Virus record (IMG/VR): IMGVR_UViG_3300028827_000100
Coordinates: 41,879-105,878 of that record
Length of the DNA stretch: 64,000 nucleotides
Reading direction: 5' to 3' (one strand)
Source of the DNA: a virus
Made by a program: the position numbers and the translations under genes. Of the stretch, positions 1 through 10,235 are shown one piece after another. Positions within the stretch are counted from its first letter, which is position 1; each line of letters begins with the position of its first letter. The notes under the pieces are model-generated. The model was not told where the DNA came from, ran no database searches, and saw only the letters and a list, made by a program, of their open reading frames with translations.

Positions 1-318
1 TTCAATGTTGATGATGTGGCAAAACTTTCCAACGTAATGAAGTCGTATCTGGAATCAATACTGAAACTCCAGAAGGAAAGGGATATATATGTAGAGGTTG
101 CGAAGGTTGTGCTGTTTACAATGGCTAACAACCTCGTTGACAGGTTGTCATCACTTGTAATGGATTTGCCGCAGGAAAGAAGGGATGCGATAGGCAAGGC
201 AATTACGGAAGAGGTAAGGGCGGCGTTAGACCATGCAAAAAATCTTGGCAGGGAAAAAATAGAGAAGCTCATGGAGAAGGTGCAGGATGAATACAACAGG
301 CTTGTCAAAAAGACATGA
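1..318 (+). CDS. Putative terminase small subunit (5'-truncated by the window edge)
   Basis: Frame is open from base 1; helical/coiled-coil protein overlapping the start of the terminase large subunit; positional inference. Confidence 0.45.
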   Translation, partial: FNVDDVAKLSNVMKSYLESILKLQKERDIYVEVAKVVLFTMANNLVDRLSSLVMDLPQERRDAIGKAITEEVRAALDHAKNLGREKIEKLMEKVQDEYNRLVKKT

Positions 319-2209
319 TAATATCCTGAAGATGAAACCTGTTGGCATTGACAGTTTTTGCCGTTCCATTTCACACAACAGTAAAATTGTTATTGAACTT
401 CCGTCAGATACTCCGGTTGAAGCGGACGACGACCTGTTTCTGGAAGGGCTTGCTGTCAAGGTCGCCGGAGAAAAAGAAAAGAAAGTTGTAAGTGAAGAAT
501 ATGGGAATATTATAGATTATGCGGTTAGAGCACTTGGTTTGAGAACGATATACAAGTATAAGCGGCAATATCAGGTGTTGAGAGACTTTTTCATGTTGCG
601 ATGTCCCGTCTGCAACGGAAAAGAAATGGATGTATGGAATATGACTGAAGAAGAAATTGAGAGAGAAGTGCTCATGCGACTTGACATGAAGTCTGAAAAA
701 CTTGTCTGTGACGGGTGCGGGCACACCGTTGACAGGATGAAGTACAGAGACCTTGTTCTGTGTGTTGGCATGAGAAGCGGAAAAACTGTTACAGCGGCGA
801 TAATTGCCGCATATATATTTTATCTGATTTTTGTTGTACCAAAACTTGACAGAAGGTTTCAGCTCATACCAGACCAGAGCTTGAGGGTGTCCATGGTAAG
901 TACATCTTCGTCACAGACTGAAAAGACGGTTTGGTCTGCATTTACTTCATTGCTTGAGAACGCAATAGACGAAGATATAAAAAGAATTGTCAGGAACAAT
1001 TCCAACTATGTTGAGATAGATACGAATACAAAAGAGTGGAAAGTTGAAAACATAGAGTTTATGTCACTACACTCAAACTCCGGTTCACTTGCAGGTGGTA
1101 CTGGCATACTTGCCGTGCTTGAGGAGTTTTCGAGATTTAACCTTGGCACTTCAAAGAGGAGTGCGGATGAAGTGAGAAACGTTTTGGACAGATCGCTTGC
1201 AACAACGAGGTCGGTTGCCAAAACGTATCTCGAAGACCTCTTTACATTAATGGTAGTCATAAGTTCACCCTACTATGTTGTCGACGATCCTACAATGATG
1301 CTGTTTTATGATGTGGGCGAATCGGGCGTTATCAATGTGAAATATGGCAGGCATATCAAAGGTGAACTGCTTGCATACCATTATCCAACTTGGGAATTTA
1401 ATCCATTTATAGACAGAGGGGCATCTTTCATAGAGAGGGCGTATTCTCTGGATGCGGCGGCGGCAGAAAGGGACTATGGGGCCAATCCTGTATCGTCGGC
1501 TGGTGGATTGTTTGAAAATGTTGAAAGCATTTACGAGAAAATTTTTCTGGATACAGACGACGGAATTATTTTTAATGTATATCCAAAACGAGAAGGAGAC
1601 CTTGTAGCATTAACGGCTAAAGTTGAAAGCATAAAGAATTGTTTTGCCAAAGAGTATTATGTTCACATAGACCTTGGCTTGAATCACGACCTTCTGACTA
1701 TGGTGTTTGCGAGGCCTGAAGATGGGAATGTTTATGTTGACGGCATGCTTGTTATAAAGTCTGAACACAACATAGAGGCATACATTGATACACCGATTGA
1801 AATAATAGAAAGTATTAAAGACAGGGTGAAAATAAATTATGTATCTTACGACAGATGGCAATCTGTTCCCGGCATACAGCGTTTGAAAAGGATGATGATT
1901 CCGGCTGGACTTTTCAGTGTCCGTGATGATGCGATAGTCACCTTGAAGTTTATGATGATGGCCGGAAAGGTTTACATACTTGACAACGACAAAAATGCAA
2001 CGACAATTTTGAAACACGAAATGAGAAGCGTGAGAAGGGTTAATGGAAAGTTAACTCATACAGATTTGCTTGTGTCTGTTTCCGGTGCTGTGAAGAACGC
2101 ATTTACAGGTGTTACAAAGAAAATGTATACCAAGGGCAGGAATGTCGTTTCCCATGTTACAGATTACAAAAACTTCATGCCGAGAACTGCAAAAATAGGC
2201 AGGCTTTAG
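287..2209 (+). CDS. terL: Terminase large subunit
   Basis: Walker A-like VGMRSGKT, Walker B-like LAVLEE, C-terminal RNase H-like nuclease motifs (HIDLG..HD, SYDRWQS); precedes the portal; CxxC..CxxC near N-terminus. Confidence 0.9.
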   Translation: MNTTGLSKRHDNILKMKPVGIDSFCRSISHNSKIVIELPSDTPVEADDDLFLEGLAVKVAGEKEKKVVSEEYGNIIDYAVRALGLRTIYKYKRQYQVLRDFFMLRCPVCNGKEMDVWNMTEEEIEREVLMRLDMKSEKLVCDGCGHTVDRMKYRDLVLCVGMRSGKTVTAAIIAAYIFYLIFVVPKLDRRFQLIPDQSLRVSMVSTSSSQTEKTVWSAFTSLLENAIDEDIKRIVRNNSNYVEIDTNTKEWKVENIEFMSLHSNSGSLAGGTGILAVLEEFSRFNLGTSKRSADEVRNVLDRSLATTRSVAKTYLEDLFTLMVVISSPYYVVDDPTMMLFYDVGESGVINVKYGRHIKGELLAYHYPTWEFNPFIDRGASFIERAYSLDAAAAERDYGANPVSSAGGLFENVESIYEKIFLDTDDGIIFNVYPKREGDLVALTAKVESIKNCFAKEYYVHIDLGLNHDLLTMVFARPEDGNVYVDGMLVIKSEHNIEAYIDTPIEIIESIKDRVKINYVSYDRWQSVPGIQRLKRMMIPAGLFSVRDDAIVTLKFMMMAGKVYILDNDKNATTILKHEMRSVRRVNGKLTHTDLLVSVSGAVKNAFTGVTKKMYTKGRNVVSHVTDYKNFMPRTAKIGRL

Positions 2210-2218
2210 GGGGTGTAG

Positions 2219-4066
2219 ATGCCAACTAAAAAGACAACCGGAAAAACAAAAAAGAAGACAGCGTCGTATAACGATGTGATTCCAAGAATAATTGGTGGTG
2301 CTGGTAGTGATGGTGGAATGAAGAAGAAAGCCAATCCAACTGTTGGAGGGCCGGGAACGGTTGGTGGCATTTCCGGTGGAATAGAGTCCGGCATGTCTTT
2401 TACAAGACCTGTCAGGTATGAGCCGGAGTTTGCTTCACCTGAAAGATGGTCTTTTCCAAAAAACATCAAAAAGATAAATGACTACTTCAGAATATTTTAC
2501 AAGTTCGATCCGCTCGTTGGTGCTGTGATAGATATATACACAGAAATGCCATTGTCGGATTATGAGATAAGCGGCGACGGGGTTGACGGTGAAATCAAGG
2601 AAAGACTTGAAGAAATGTTTGAAGTGATTAATTTTCTGTCCTTGATGAAAAATATAGGGACAGAGTTTCTTGTTGTAGGTGAGGCGATACCACATCTCTT
2701 TTACAATAAAGACCTTGGATATTGGGATGGGTATAGTCTTCACAGGCAGGAAGATATTGAAGTGGTGGATACTCACTTAATGGGTATAGAGCCGGTTCTT
2801 ATTCTTCGACCGGACAAGGAAGAGGTTGCAAAGCTGAAAAAAATAAAAACGGCATATGAAAAATTCGGAATTGAGCAGGGTGAAACAAATCTTTACATGG
2901 AAGAGCTTTTGACAAAAAAGGAAGTTGCACTTGAAAACCTGAATGTGACGTTTATACCAAGAAGATTGCACGAGTATGAATTGCGTGGAACGAGTATATT
3001 GACGAGATTGTGGAGGGCGTTCATGTACGAAGACGCTCTTGCAAATGCGAGTATACAGACCGCATACAGGCACGCATCTCCTGTCAAGGTTGTTAAAATG
3101 GGAGACCTTGCGAGCGGATACATACCCACGGAAGAACAGATTAATGAATTGACAAGAGTTCTTGCGATGAGTGAGACAGACCCGCAGGCATGGGTTTTTG
3201 CTCCCCCCGGAACAACATTTGAAGCATGGGGTACAAATGACAGGATAACAGGGTTGAAATCTGATTATGAGATTATAGAAAATATGAAGTTGACAGCCCT
3301 TGGTGTAAGCAGAGATTTTATTACGGGGGCGGCGAATTATGCATCGGCACAGGCCGGATTGCAGGTTTTGCTTTCAAGATTGCTTGCATTTAGAACTTTG
3401 ATAGAACAGGCGTTTGTTTATCCAAAATTCATTTTTCCGATTGTTAAGGTGAACAAGTGGATTAGAAGGTCTGCCGCCGATTATGAACACAACGTGAGAA
3501 CTACAAAAAATACGAATTATGTTATGCCGAAAATAGTGTGGAGCAAGAAGTTGAAAGTTACAGTTGATGCTGAACTGCTTGAGGCGTATTCAAGTCTTGT
3601 AAGAGATTTTGACGTTAAGTTGAGTGAGAGAACTCTTACCGAAGTAGTTGGTATTAACTGGTCAGATGAACAGAGGCGAATTATGGAAGAGAAAATGATA
3701 AAGAGTATTATGGAAAAAGGAGAGATGGAAGAAGGCGAAACGCCTGTTGGCGGTCTACCGGGTGGAGGAGGCAGAGGATTTGGTGGCTTTACCGGAGAGC
3801 CGAAAGCCCTTGGTGAGGGCGGTGGCCCTGAAGGTGGTGTTGAAGAAATTGCGCCAGAACCGAATCTGGAAGAAAGTCCCGGCGAAGTCAGAATGCACGC
3901 TTCCGCAAAAAGACAGCTTGGAGATGTATTTCTTTCCGGTGTTTACAAACCTAACGGTAGAGCAATGCGTGTTCTTGAAGACATATCTGTTGACGAACTC
4001 AAGGACAAGATAGGAAAATTGTACAGGAACGGGAAGAAGGGTAAGGTAAAAAAAAATAAAAGGTAA
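2219..4066 (+). CDS. Portal protein
   Basis: 615 aa directly after terL; FYKFDPLVGAVIDIYTEMPLS, RGTSIL, HASPVKVVKMG motifs typical of Bxz1/phiYS40-type portals; low-complexity termini. Confidence 0.85.
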   Translation: MPTKKTTGKTKKKTASYNDVIPRIIGGAGSDGGMKKKANPTVGGPGTVGGISGGIESGMSFTRPVRYEPEFASPERWSFPKNIKKINDYFRIFYKFDPLVGAVIDIYTEMPLSDYEISGDGVDGEIKERLEEMFEVINFLSLMKNIGTEFLVVGEAIPHLFYNKDLGYWDGYSLHRQEDIEVVDTHLMGIEPVLILRPDKEEVAKLKKIKTAYEKFGIEQGETNLYMEELLTKKEVALENLNVTFIPRRLHEYELRGTSILTRLWRAFMYEDALANASIQTAYRHASPVKVVKMGDLASGYIPTEEQINELTRVLAMSETDPQAWVFAPPGTTFEAWGTNDRITGLKSDYEIIENMKLTALGVSRDFITGAANYASAQAGLQVLLSRLLAFRTLIEQAFVYPKFIFPIVKVNKWIRRSAADYEHNVRTTKNTNYVMPKIVWSKKLKVTVDAELLEAYSSLVRDFDVKLSERTLTEVVGINWSDEQRRIMEEKMIKSIMEKGEMEEGETPVGGLPGGGGRGFGGFTGEPKALGEGGGPEGGVEEIAPEPNLEESPGEVRMHASAKRQLGDVFLSGVYKPNGRAMRVLEDISVDELKDKIGKLYRNGKKGKVKKNKR

Positions 4067-4078
4067 AGGAGGCAGGAA

Positions 4079-4444
4079 ATGGAAAAGGTGAATCCTTTTA
4101 AGGAGAGGCAGACGGTAGATGAATCAAGGGCGAATATTCTCTATGGCAAACTGTCAGTGGCCTTTATGAAAAAGCCCGGTGGTTTGTTGTTTAAACTGTT
4201 TGACCTTGGAACATTGTCTTTTCAGGAAGACAACAGGCTCAAGGTGTACAAGGACAGGGTCGGTGATTCTGTGAGAAAGTTTTTGGCAAATATAAAAATT
4301 GGCAATGACCCGGTAAAGTGTTATGAGGCATTGAGGTATGAATTGTTCAAGACGGCAAGGCTTGGTATAGGGGATGACAGCAAACACAATCTCTTTTGTG
4401 AGGCGGTTGACGAAATATTAATGTCGATAGAAGAAGAGTTTTAA
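4079..4444 (+). CDS. Hypothetical head-module protein
   Basis: AGGAGG RBS, 121 aa ORF. Confidence 0.6.
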   Translation: MEKVNPFKERQTVDESRANILYGKLSVAFMKKPGGLLFKLFDLGTLSFQEDNRLKVYKDRVGDSVRKFLANIKIGNDPVKCYEALRYELFKTARLGIGDDSKHNLFCEAVDEILMSIEEEF

Positions 4445-4453
4445 GGAGGCCGT

Positions 4454-4600
4454 ATGTTTAAAAAAAATCAGAAGGTTACAGATATAAAAAGGGTTGGGGA
4501 AGCTGAAGTTGATAAGAGAATATCAGAACTTGAAAAAAAGATAAGAAAGGTGATGAGAAACGGCAAAGCTCCACGAGACGTTAAAGTGGTGAAAAAATAA
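4454..4600 (+). CDS. Small basic hypothetical protein (48 aa, absent from ORF track)
   Basis: AAGGAGG upstream; MFKKNQKVTDIKRVGEAEVDKRISELEKKIRKVMRNGKAPRDVKVVKK; fills the gap. Confidence 0.6.
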   Translation: MFKKNQKVTDIKRVGEAEVDKRISELEKKIRKVMRNGKAPRDVKVVKK

Positions 4601-4674
4601 CTTGTGGCGTTTTTTCTTCTTTATTCTTTACGAGGGGGAAAGTGCGCCTTTTTTCATTTTTATGGAGGAGTGTC

Positions 4675-5394
4675 ATGCTGATTAAAACTGCAAAAGTCAC
4701 AATAATTTCTGCAAGCAGGGATATGAGAAGCGGGGCGTTTTCATTCATGAAACGGATTGCAAACACGCCAGCCTCTTTTACAGAGGCAAAGTTTGCAGAA
4801 CTTCTCGATGTGGTACACAAGCCGTATAATATATCCAACAATCCAGACGACTATATGTTTCTTGTTGCGAGAGCTTTGACGGCAGATGTACCAAACGAGA
4901 ACAAAGACGCTTTCGGAGAGTATGAGTTGTTGTCTGTCAAGGAAGCTGGAGTGTTCACATACGAGACGTTCAGGATGACACCCCTTCTTGAAGAACATGA
5001 CGATTCGGACATACCCACAGTTGCAGGTGGTTTCAATATTGATGCTTATTATGACGATACTAACAGTGATGATAAATTTGTCGCTTTGCTTATAGCACTT
5101 GACACTTCAAAGAAACCTCATATAGCGTCCAAAATTCTCAATGGTGACAAAGTGGATTTTTCAATGGGTTGTATCTGCATGAGAACAAGGTGCTCAAAGT
5201 GTGGCAATATTGCATATGATGAGAAAGATTTTTGTAATCATGTAAAAAACAAGTTTGCCTTTGGAAAGGACGTTTTTGAGTGGTGCGAAGATGTAACATA
5301 CAGAGAACTTTCCCATGTTGCAGAGCCAGCCGATCCTAATGCAAGCAGTATACAGGCTTGTTATAACGATGGCGGCAAAATAATATGTAAATGA
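4675..5394 (+). CDS. Prohead (capsid maturation) protease with Zn ribbon
   Basis: NENKDAF, EEHD, FSMGC (catalytic Ser), CSKC..CNH, ELSHVAEPADPNA motifs; GGAGGAG RBS favours ATG 4675. Confidence 0.85.
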   Translation: MLIKTAKVTIISASRDMRSGAFSFMKRIANTPASFTEAKFAELLDVVHKPYNISNNPDDYMFLVARALTADVPNENKDAFGEYELLSVKEAGVFTYETFRMTPLLEEHDDSDIPTVAGGFNIDAYYDDTNSDDKFVALLIALDTSKKPHIASKILNGDKVDFSMGCICMRTRCSKCGNIAYDEKDFCNHVKNKFAFGKDVFEWCEDVTYRELSHVAEPADPNASSIQACYNDGGKIICK

Positions 5395-5408
5395 CAAGGG
5401 GGATAAAA

Positions 5409-7007
5409 ATGGAAAAAGAGCTTCTGTGGAAGATAGCATCCGCAAACAACAGACTTGCAGTTTTGAAGTTTGCAAGGGCCATCGTGTATGCAGACAGGAA
5501 TGAAAAGGAAATAGACGAAACGCTCGTAAAGAAGATTGCAGATTCAGTTGACGCCGATGACATGGAAAAGTATGTGGATGAGTTTGTTTGCAAGGTTGCT
5601 GGAATCGGTGATGGCGATTGCAACATGGCATCGGTTGAAATTGCAGATGATATGATACGAGAGGCTGTTAAAGGTATAAAGGAAGTGGAATCATTTTATC
5701 TTGGTGAATGGAGAACTTATCCGGTATTTACAATTGAGAGCATGAGAAGGGCATACGTAAACAACAGAGTTGTTGTTGCCAGCAATGAAGAAGAAATGCT
5801 CGACAGGTCTTTCAGGATAATTTCAAACATACTTGATGACGAAGAGGAGGCTTACAATCTCGTTAAGGCTGGAATTGGAGAGTTTTTGGCTGGTAGCAAA
5901 AAGAAGAAGGCTTTGAATGTTTCAAAGGGTGATGTTGTATGTTTGAATGAAAATCCCGATGTGTGTGGAAAGGTTGTGGACGGCCCCCTCAAGTTCAGGG
6001 GGAATATGTATATAATCAGGGACAACTCCGGTAAAGAGTTGTCTCTTTATCCGAATGAATTTCATCTGAAGTCTATAGGTGTGGCCGCAAGTGTCAATCC
6101 ATATCTCAATCTCAAAAAGGTTGTTGCGGATGCTAAAACTATATACGTTTCAGACAACGAAATAGCAGAGGTTGATGAAGGTGGCAGTGTTGTTGTAAGG
6201 GACAAACAGTCGGGCGAACAGAAGAGAGAAGAAAAATATGAGTCTGCACAGGAAGCTGTTAATCAGGTTACACAGAGCGGGTTTAAGCCTGTTTCTTACT
6301 ACACCGGGAGTAAGCCTGATATAGAGGTGTCAATAATACGTGCAAATAAGGCAGTCATATACGATTTGCGAAACGGGGATAAAAAGAGAAAAATACCTGT
6401 TTTTGCAAACAACGAATTTGACCTCATACAGGCCATATATGACGAGACGGAAAAGTTGTGCAATTGTGGACTCAAGGCTTACAGGGTTATTGAAGCCGCT
6501 GTTAAAAAGTGGTCTGCTGAAAATGGAGAGTCGGATGGATATGATCCATTACAGGACACAATAGACCCGATAACCGCCAATCAGGACGTTGTTCTTGATA
6601 CCGCATGGATGATTTATGATGCCGGAAAGGAAGTGACGCCTAAAAACATTTTTGCTAAGGTTAAAGATTTTATAGGTATGAGTGACAGCGATTACAATTC
6701 TGAAATAGCAGAATCGATAAAAATAGTTCTTGCGGATAATGGCTGGCAATCCCTGAAGCAGAAAGAGAAACAGGAGCAGAATGTTGAAAAGGTTGCTGCC
6801 GGATGGGAAAAGTTGCCGAAGGGGTGGACGGAAGAGTCTCTTAAAAAATTCTGGAACTCGTTGACTGGAAACGTGAAACACAAAACGAAAAAGTGTATAA
6901 GGAAGTTTGAAGGTATAGTTGATGATCCCGGAGCTTTTTGTGCTTCCTTGAGAGATAGGGTAGAGGGGACTACAAAATGGAGGGGAAGTTCAACAGAAAA
7001 CTCATAG
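5409..7007 (+). CDS. Putative multi-domain internal head protein
   Basis: Between protease and scaffold; many K/R-x-A motifs; small C-terminal domain KLPKGWTEES..CIRKF..DDPGAFCASL..TTKWRG. Confidence 0.55.
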   Translation: MEKELLWKIASANNRLAVLKFARAIVYADRNEKEIDETLVKKIADSVDADDMEKYVDEFVCKVAGIGDGDCNMASVEIADDMIREAVKGIKEVESFYLGEWRTYPVFTIESMRRAYVNNRVVVASNEEEMLDRSFRIISNILDDEEEAYNLVKAGIGEFLAGSKKKKALNVSKGDVVCLNENPDVCGKVVDGPLKFRGNMYIIRDNSGKELSLYPNEFHLKSIGVAASVNPYLNLKKVVADAKTIYVSDNEIAEVDEGGSVVVRDKQSGEQKREEKYESAQEAVNQVTQSGFKPVSYYTGSKPDIEVSIIRANKAVIYDLRNGDKKRKIPVFANNEFDLIQAIYDETEKLCNCGLKAYRVIEAAVKKWSAENGESDGYDPLQDTIDPITANQDVVLDTAWMIYDAGKEVTPKNIFAKVKDFIGMSDSDYNSEIAESIKIVLADNGWQSLKQKEKQEQNVEKVAAGWEKLPKGWTEESLKKFWNSLTGNVKHKTKKCIRKFEGIVDDPGAFCASLRDRVEGTTKWRGSSTENS

Positions 7008-7018
7008 GAGGAGAAACT

Positions 7019-7225
7019 ATGCCTAACAATTCCAAAGAGGTGGCAGATTTTATAGCAAGACTTGGAATGATGATAGCGGCGGGTACTGATTTGTCAACTT
7101 TGCAGTACCATACGTTGCAGGCTGTTAATCAGATGAACATGACTGGTATAGAAAAAATGCTTTTTATAAGCATGGTAAACAAGACACTCAAAAGCATGGG
7201 TGTCAGCGGAGAAATAAAGGTATAG
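7019..7225 (+). CDS. Hypothetical protein
   Basis: AGGAGGAG RBS before ATG 7019. Confidence 0.6.
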   Translation: MPNNSKEVADFIARLGMMIAAGTDLSTLQYHTLQAVNQMNMTGIEKMLFISMVNKTLKSMGVSGEIKV

Positions 7226-7328
7226 CAGGTTGTAAAGGCTGTTTGGTGCAAGGTGTGGTGAGTGGTATTTGGAGTAAGGGAAGTGGCAAAAGGCGACGGG
7301 TAATATATCAAAATCAAGGAGGAGTTGC

Positions 7329-8297
7329 ATGGATAGGCGACAGAAGATTAAAAGACTTGCAAGAATGTTGAGAATGCGTGCCGAAGCCAAAAGGAAGGGT
7401 GTGGCAGCATCTCCTGCAAGAAGAAAGGCTGCTCTGAAAAATGCAATTGCGAGAAAGAGAAAGTCGGTTGCAGGAAAAGCTCCGGCCATTACCGGTAGCA
7501 AAAAACTTGCGGTTCTGAAGAAGATAAACGAGCTGAAGAAGGAACTCCGCAAACGCAAACTTGCAAGAGCTGGCTCCACTTCCGCATTGAGTAAACGCAG
7601 GTTGAGAAAGCCGTCAGCACGTTCTCGTATTCTTTCCACGAACTTGAGGTCGAGGCTTCGCAGGAGAAGGGCTATAGAGGAGTCCAACAGCATCCTTGAG
7701 AGGGCAGATGACAACATCAACGAGGACACGATGAATAAGAATTATGGTATGCCCGCTCCGAAGCCAACGTTTGTTACGGGGCCACAGTTGAAGAAGCTCA
7801 AGGATGAACAGCTGAAGGATGCGCCTCCCACCCTTTTGGCAGAAGATGTCAGAGAATCTTTTAAGAGGGCAATTAAGATTGCTTACAAGAAGTTTGCAAA
7901 AAATCTTGAAGCAATCGGTCATCCCCTCAAGGCATCTCTTTGGGAACACTTTGCCAACACTGGCAGGTTGAATCCCTCTGTCATAACGGCGGCTATTGAC
8001 TCGGCATTTGAGGAGGCTGGAGACGAGTTTCTCGAAATTCTCTTCAAGAGAGCGGAAGAAATTGCAGACTATTCACCCGAAACGATTGCTGAAATGGAAA
8101 GAGAGATTGAGTTGACGTGTCAGGTTACACCTACTGTTGAGCCGCCTGAAGAAGAGGAGGAGTTTGAAGAAGAAGAGAAAGAGGCTGAAGAAGTTGAGGA
8201 GAGACTCGTTGAAGGAAGTCTCAAAATACCAAGGAGTGCTACCAGCAAGAAAGCATCACTGCTTTCTATGGCAGTTCCATCTTACAACATCGAATAG
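7329..8297 (+). CDS. Putative scaffold protein with very basic N-terminus and acidic C-terminus
   Basis: Just upstream of decoration and capsid genes; helical; strong RBS. Confidence 0.6.
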   Translation: MDRRQKIKRLARMLRMRAEAKRKGVAASPARRKAALKNAIARKRKSVAGKAPAITGSKKLAVLKKINELKKELRKRKLARAGSTSALSKRRLRKPSARSRILSTNLRSRLRRRRAIEESNSILERADDNINEDTMNKNYGMPAPKPTFVTGPQLKKLKDEQLKDAPPTLLAEDVRESFKRAIKIAYKKFAKNLEAIGHPLKASLWEHFANTGRLNPSVITAAIDSAFEEAGDEFLEILFKRAEEIADYSPETIAEMEREIELTCQVTPTVEPPEEEEEFEEEEKEAEEVEERLVEGSLKIPRSATSKKASLLSMAVPSYNIE

Positions 8298-8309
8298 GAG
8301 GATGTCACG

Positions 8310-8996
8310 ATGATAGACCTTACAAGAAGCGTTTTTACTGTCAACCTTGGCATCCGTGACGTTGATCCGAACGCTCAAATTCTTCAGGGGCAGATAGTGG
8401 CCCTTGATACGGAAGGAAGGATTACGCTTGCGGATGGAGTTGATGCTTATGGAGTTGCGAAATGGAACAAGGCGGATACTTTCTATTCACCTGTTGTGGA
8501 TGAGTCCATACAGTTGAATGGAACGACCCCTTCCAACCTTGACCATGCAAATATCAAGTCTGGTTCTGTCCGTGTTACAAGCTCGGATGGCTCTACTGTC
8601 TATGCCGAAACTACGGACTACACGGTTAACTACACCAATGGTCAGATAACAAGGGTTGGTGCGGGAAATATCCCGGATGGAGCAACGGTTCTCGTCACTT
8701 ACTCGTATCAGATGACGGAGTACGAGTTGAAGGTTATTCGTGGTACGAATTACCAGAACGCAACGGACGACACACTCGGTAGTGGTAAGATGACTGTAGC
8801 ACAGGATTTCTTTGAAATCTACACCGACCAGTACGACACTTCGCAGGGTTATACACCGGGTGATGTTTTGTATGTGGGTTCAGGTGCTACTGCCGGGCTT
8901 TTTACCACCGACAATGCCAGTGGTAAGGCTTACGGCATAGTGGTAAAAGCTCCTTCGGCATCCGATCCGTTGCTTGGAGTGCAAGTAGGAAGGTAG
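8310..8996 (+). CDS. Capsid decoration/minor head protein with inserted beta-sandwich
   Basis: Precedes the major capsid gene; DDTLGSGKMTV, YTDQYDTSQGYTPGDVLYV, GIVVKAPSASDPLLGV motifs. Confidence 0.7.
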   Translation: MIDLTRSVFTVNLGIRDVDPNAQILQGQIVALDTEGRITLADGVDAYGVAKWNKADTFYSPVVDESIQLNGTTPSNLDHANIKSGSVRVTSSDGSTVYAETTDYTVNYTNGQITRVGAGNIPDGATVLVTYSYQMTEYELKVIRGTNYQNATDDTLGSGKMTVAQDFFEIYTDQYDTSQGYTPGDVLYVGSGATAGLFTTDNASGKAYGIVVKAPSASDPLLGVQVGR

Positions 8997-9009
8997 GAGG
9001 TAAGAGAAT

Positions 9010-10173
9010 ATGAGAAATCCATATAAGAAGGCTAATAATGGCAAGGGAGTCAAGAGGACTGTTGGAGCTATAAAGAAGAGAAGAAGCGTTCCAAAGATTG
9101 CTTCAAGACTGGCAAGAAAAGATTTGCGTACAAGGATGCTGGACGACAACAGGAACATCAATCCCATGTTGAGTACCGGCGAGAGAATGTTCAACAAGGA
9201 GGGTTCTCTCAACGCATATGACAAGAGAGATGCTATTGCGATGATACACAGGCTGTTGAACGATACCCACCTTGGCAAGGTTCGTTCTGCATCCTATAGA
9301 AAGGAATCGGATTTGAAGCCTGAAGAAAGAAGGGAGATTCTCATTCAGGCATTTAAGTCCGATGATGGAATCAGAAAGTTGGGCGAGGAGTTGCTTGCTC
9401 CGATTAAGAACGTGCTCGACTATGAAGGTTGGGCCAGAAAGATTCTCCGAATCAAGGAGATTGGTCAGGGTGAAATCCACAGGATTTCAAAAGACATTTA
9501 TGTGGTCGCCTTCATCGTTGGGCAGGATGGTCAGAGTGTAAGTTCGCAGGCCTTCGGTTCTTACATCTACCCTTCAGAGTTCAAGGTTACGGCCTTTCCT
9601 GAAGTTGACATTCAGGACATCTACCAGATGAATTTTGATGTTCTTGAACGTCAGCAGGATTTGGCGAAGCAGATGATTATGCTGAAGGAAGACAAGGCCC
9701 TCGTTTCTGCTCTCGATCAGGCGTCTACCGCAGTCAATGATGTTGTGTATTTCTCCACGTTCAACATTGGTACTTTCGAGGACATAAGGTATCAGGTTGA
9801 GCGTCACAGGTTGATAGTTGACAAGTTCATCGTCAACAGGCAGGAGATAAACAACCTCATCAAGAATATGCACAACTATGTTGACATTGTGACGGAGCGT
9901 GAGCTGATACTCATGGGCTATATCGGAAACGTGCTCGGTACACAGATTATCACTACTGCCGGAACGGGTGTTCAGGAAGTTGTTCCTGCTGGTAGCGTGT
10001 ACGTTGTCACACAGGGTTCGTTCCTTGGTGAGATGGGAATCAGGCTCGACCTCCAGAGCGAACAGTACAACAAGTTCAATCAGCAGGAGACGAAGAAGGG
10101 TTGGATGTTCCTTGAGATAATCGATCAGGCTATCGCAAATCCAAGGTCGGTTGCAAAAGGCGTCCGCATATAG
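9010..10173 (+). CDS. Major capsid protein (HK97-like fold)
   Basis: LLAPIKNVLDYEGWARKIL, DVLERQQDLAKQMIMLKED, GWMFLE..NPRSVAKG; codon bias of a highly expressed gene; followed by terminator. Confidence 0.88.
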   Translation: MRNPYKKANNGKGVKRTVGAIKKRRSVPKIASRLARKDLRTRMLDDNRNINPMLSTGERMFNKEGSLNAYDKRDAIAMIHRLLNDTHLGKVRSASYRKESDLKPEERREILIQAFKSDDGIRKLGEELLAPIKNVLDYEGWARKILRIKEIGQGEIHRISKDIYVVAFIVGQDGQSVSSQAFGSYIYPSEFKVTAFPEVDIQDIYQMNFDVLERQQDLAKQMIMLKEDKALVSALDQASTAVNDVVYFSTFNIGTFEDIRYQVERHRLIVDKFIVNRQEINNLIKNMHNYVDIVTERELILMGYIGNVLGTQIITTAGTGVQEVVPAGSVYVVTQGSFLGEMGIRLDLQSEQYNKFNQQETKKGWMFLEIIDQAIANPRSVAKGVRI

Positions 10174-10182
10174 CCTGCATGT

Positions 10183-10215
10183 GGCGGGGTACTGTATTGT
10201 ACCCCGCCTATTTTT
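10183..10215 (+). terminator. Rho-independent terminator after the major capsid gene
   Basis: GGCGGGGTAC-tgtatt-GTACCCCGCC followed by TATTTTT. Confidence 0.85.
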
Positions 10216-10235
10216 AATGGCACGGGGGTGAGCAA

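Noticed and set aside
4045-4066. Poly-A run at the portal end as a frameshift site
   Set aside because: The -1 frame stops immediately and the next gene has its own RBS
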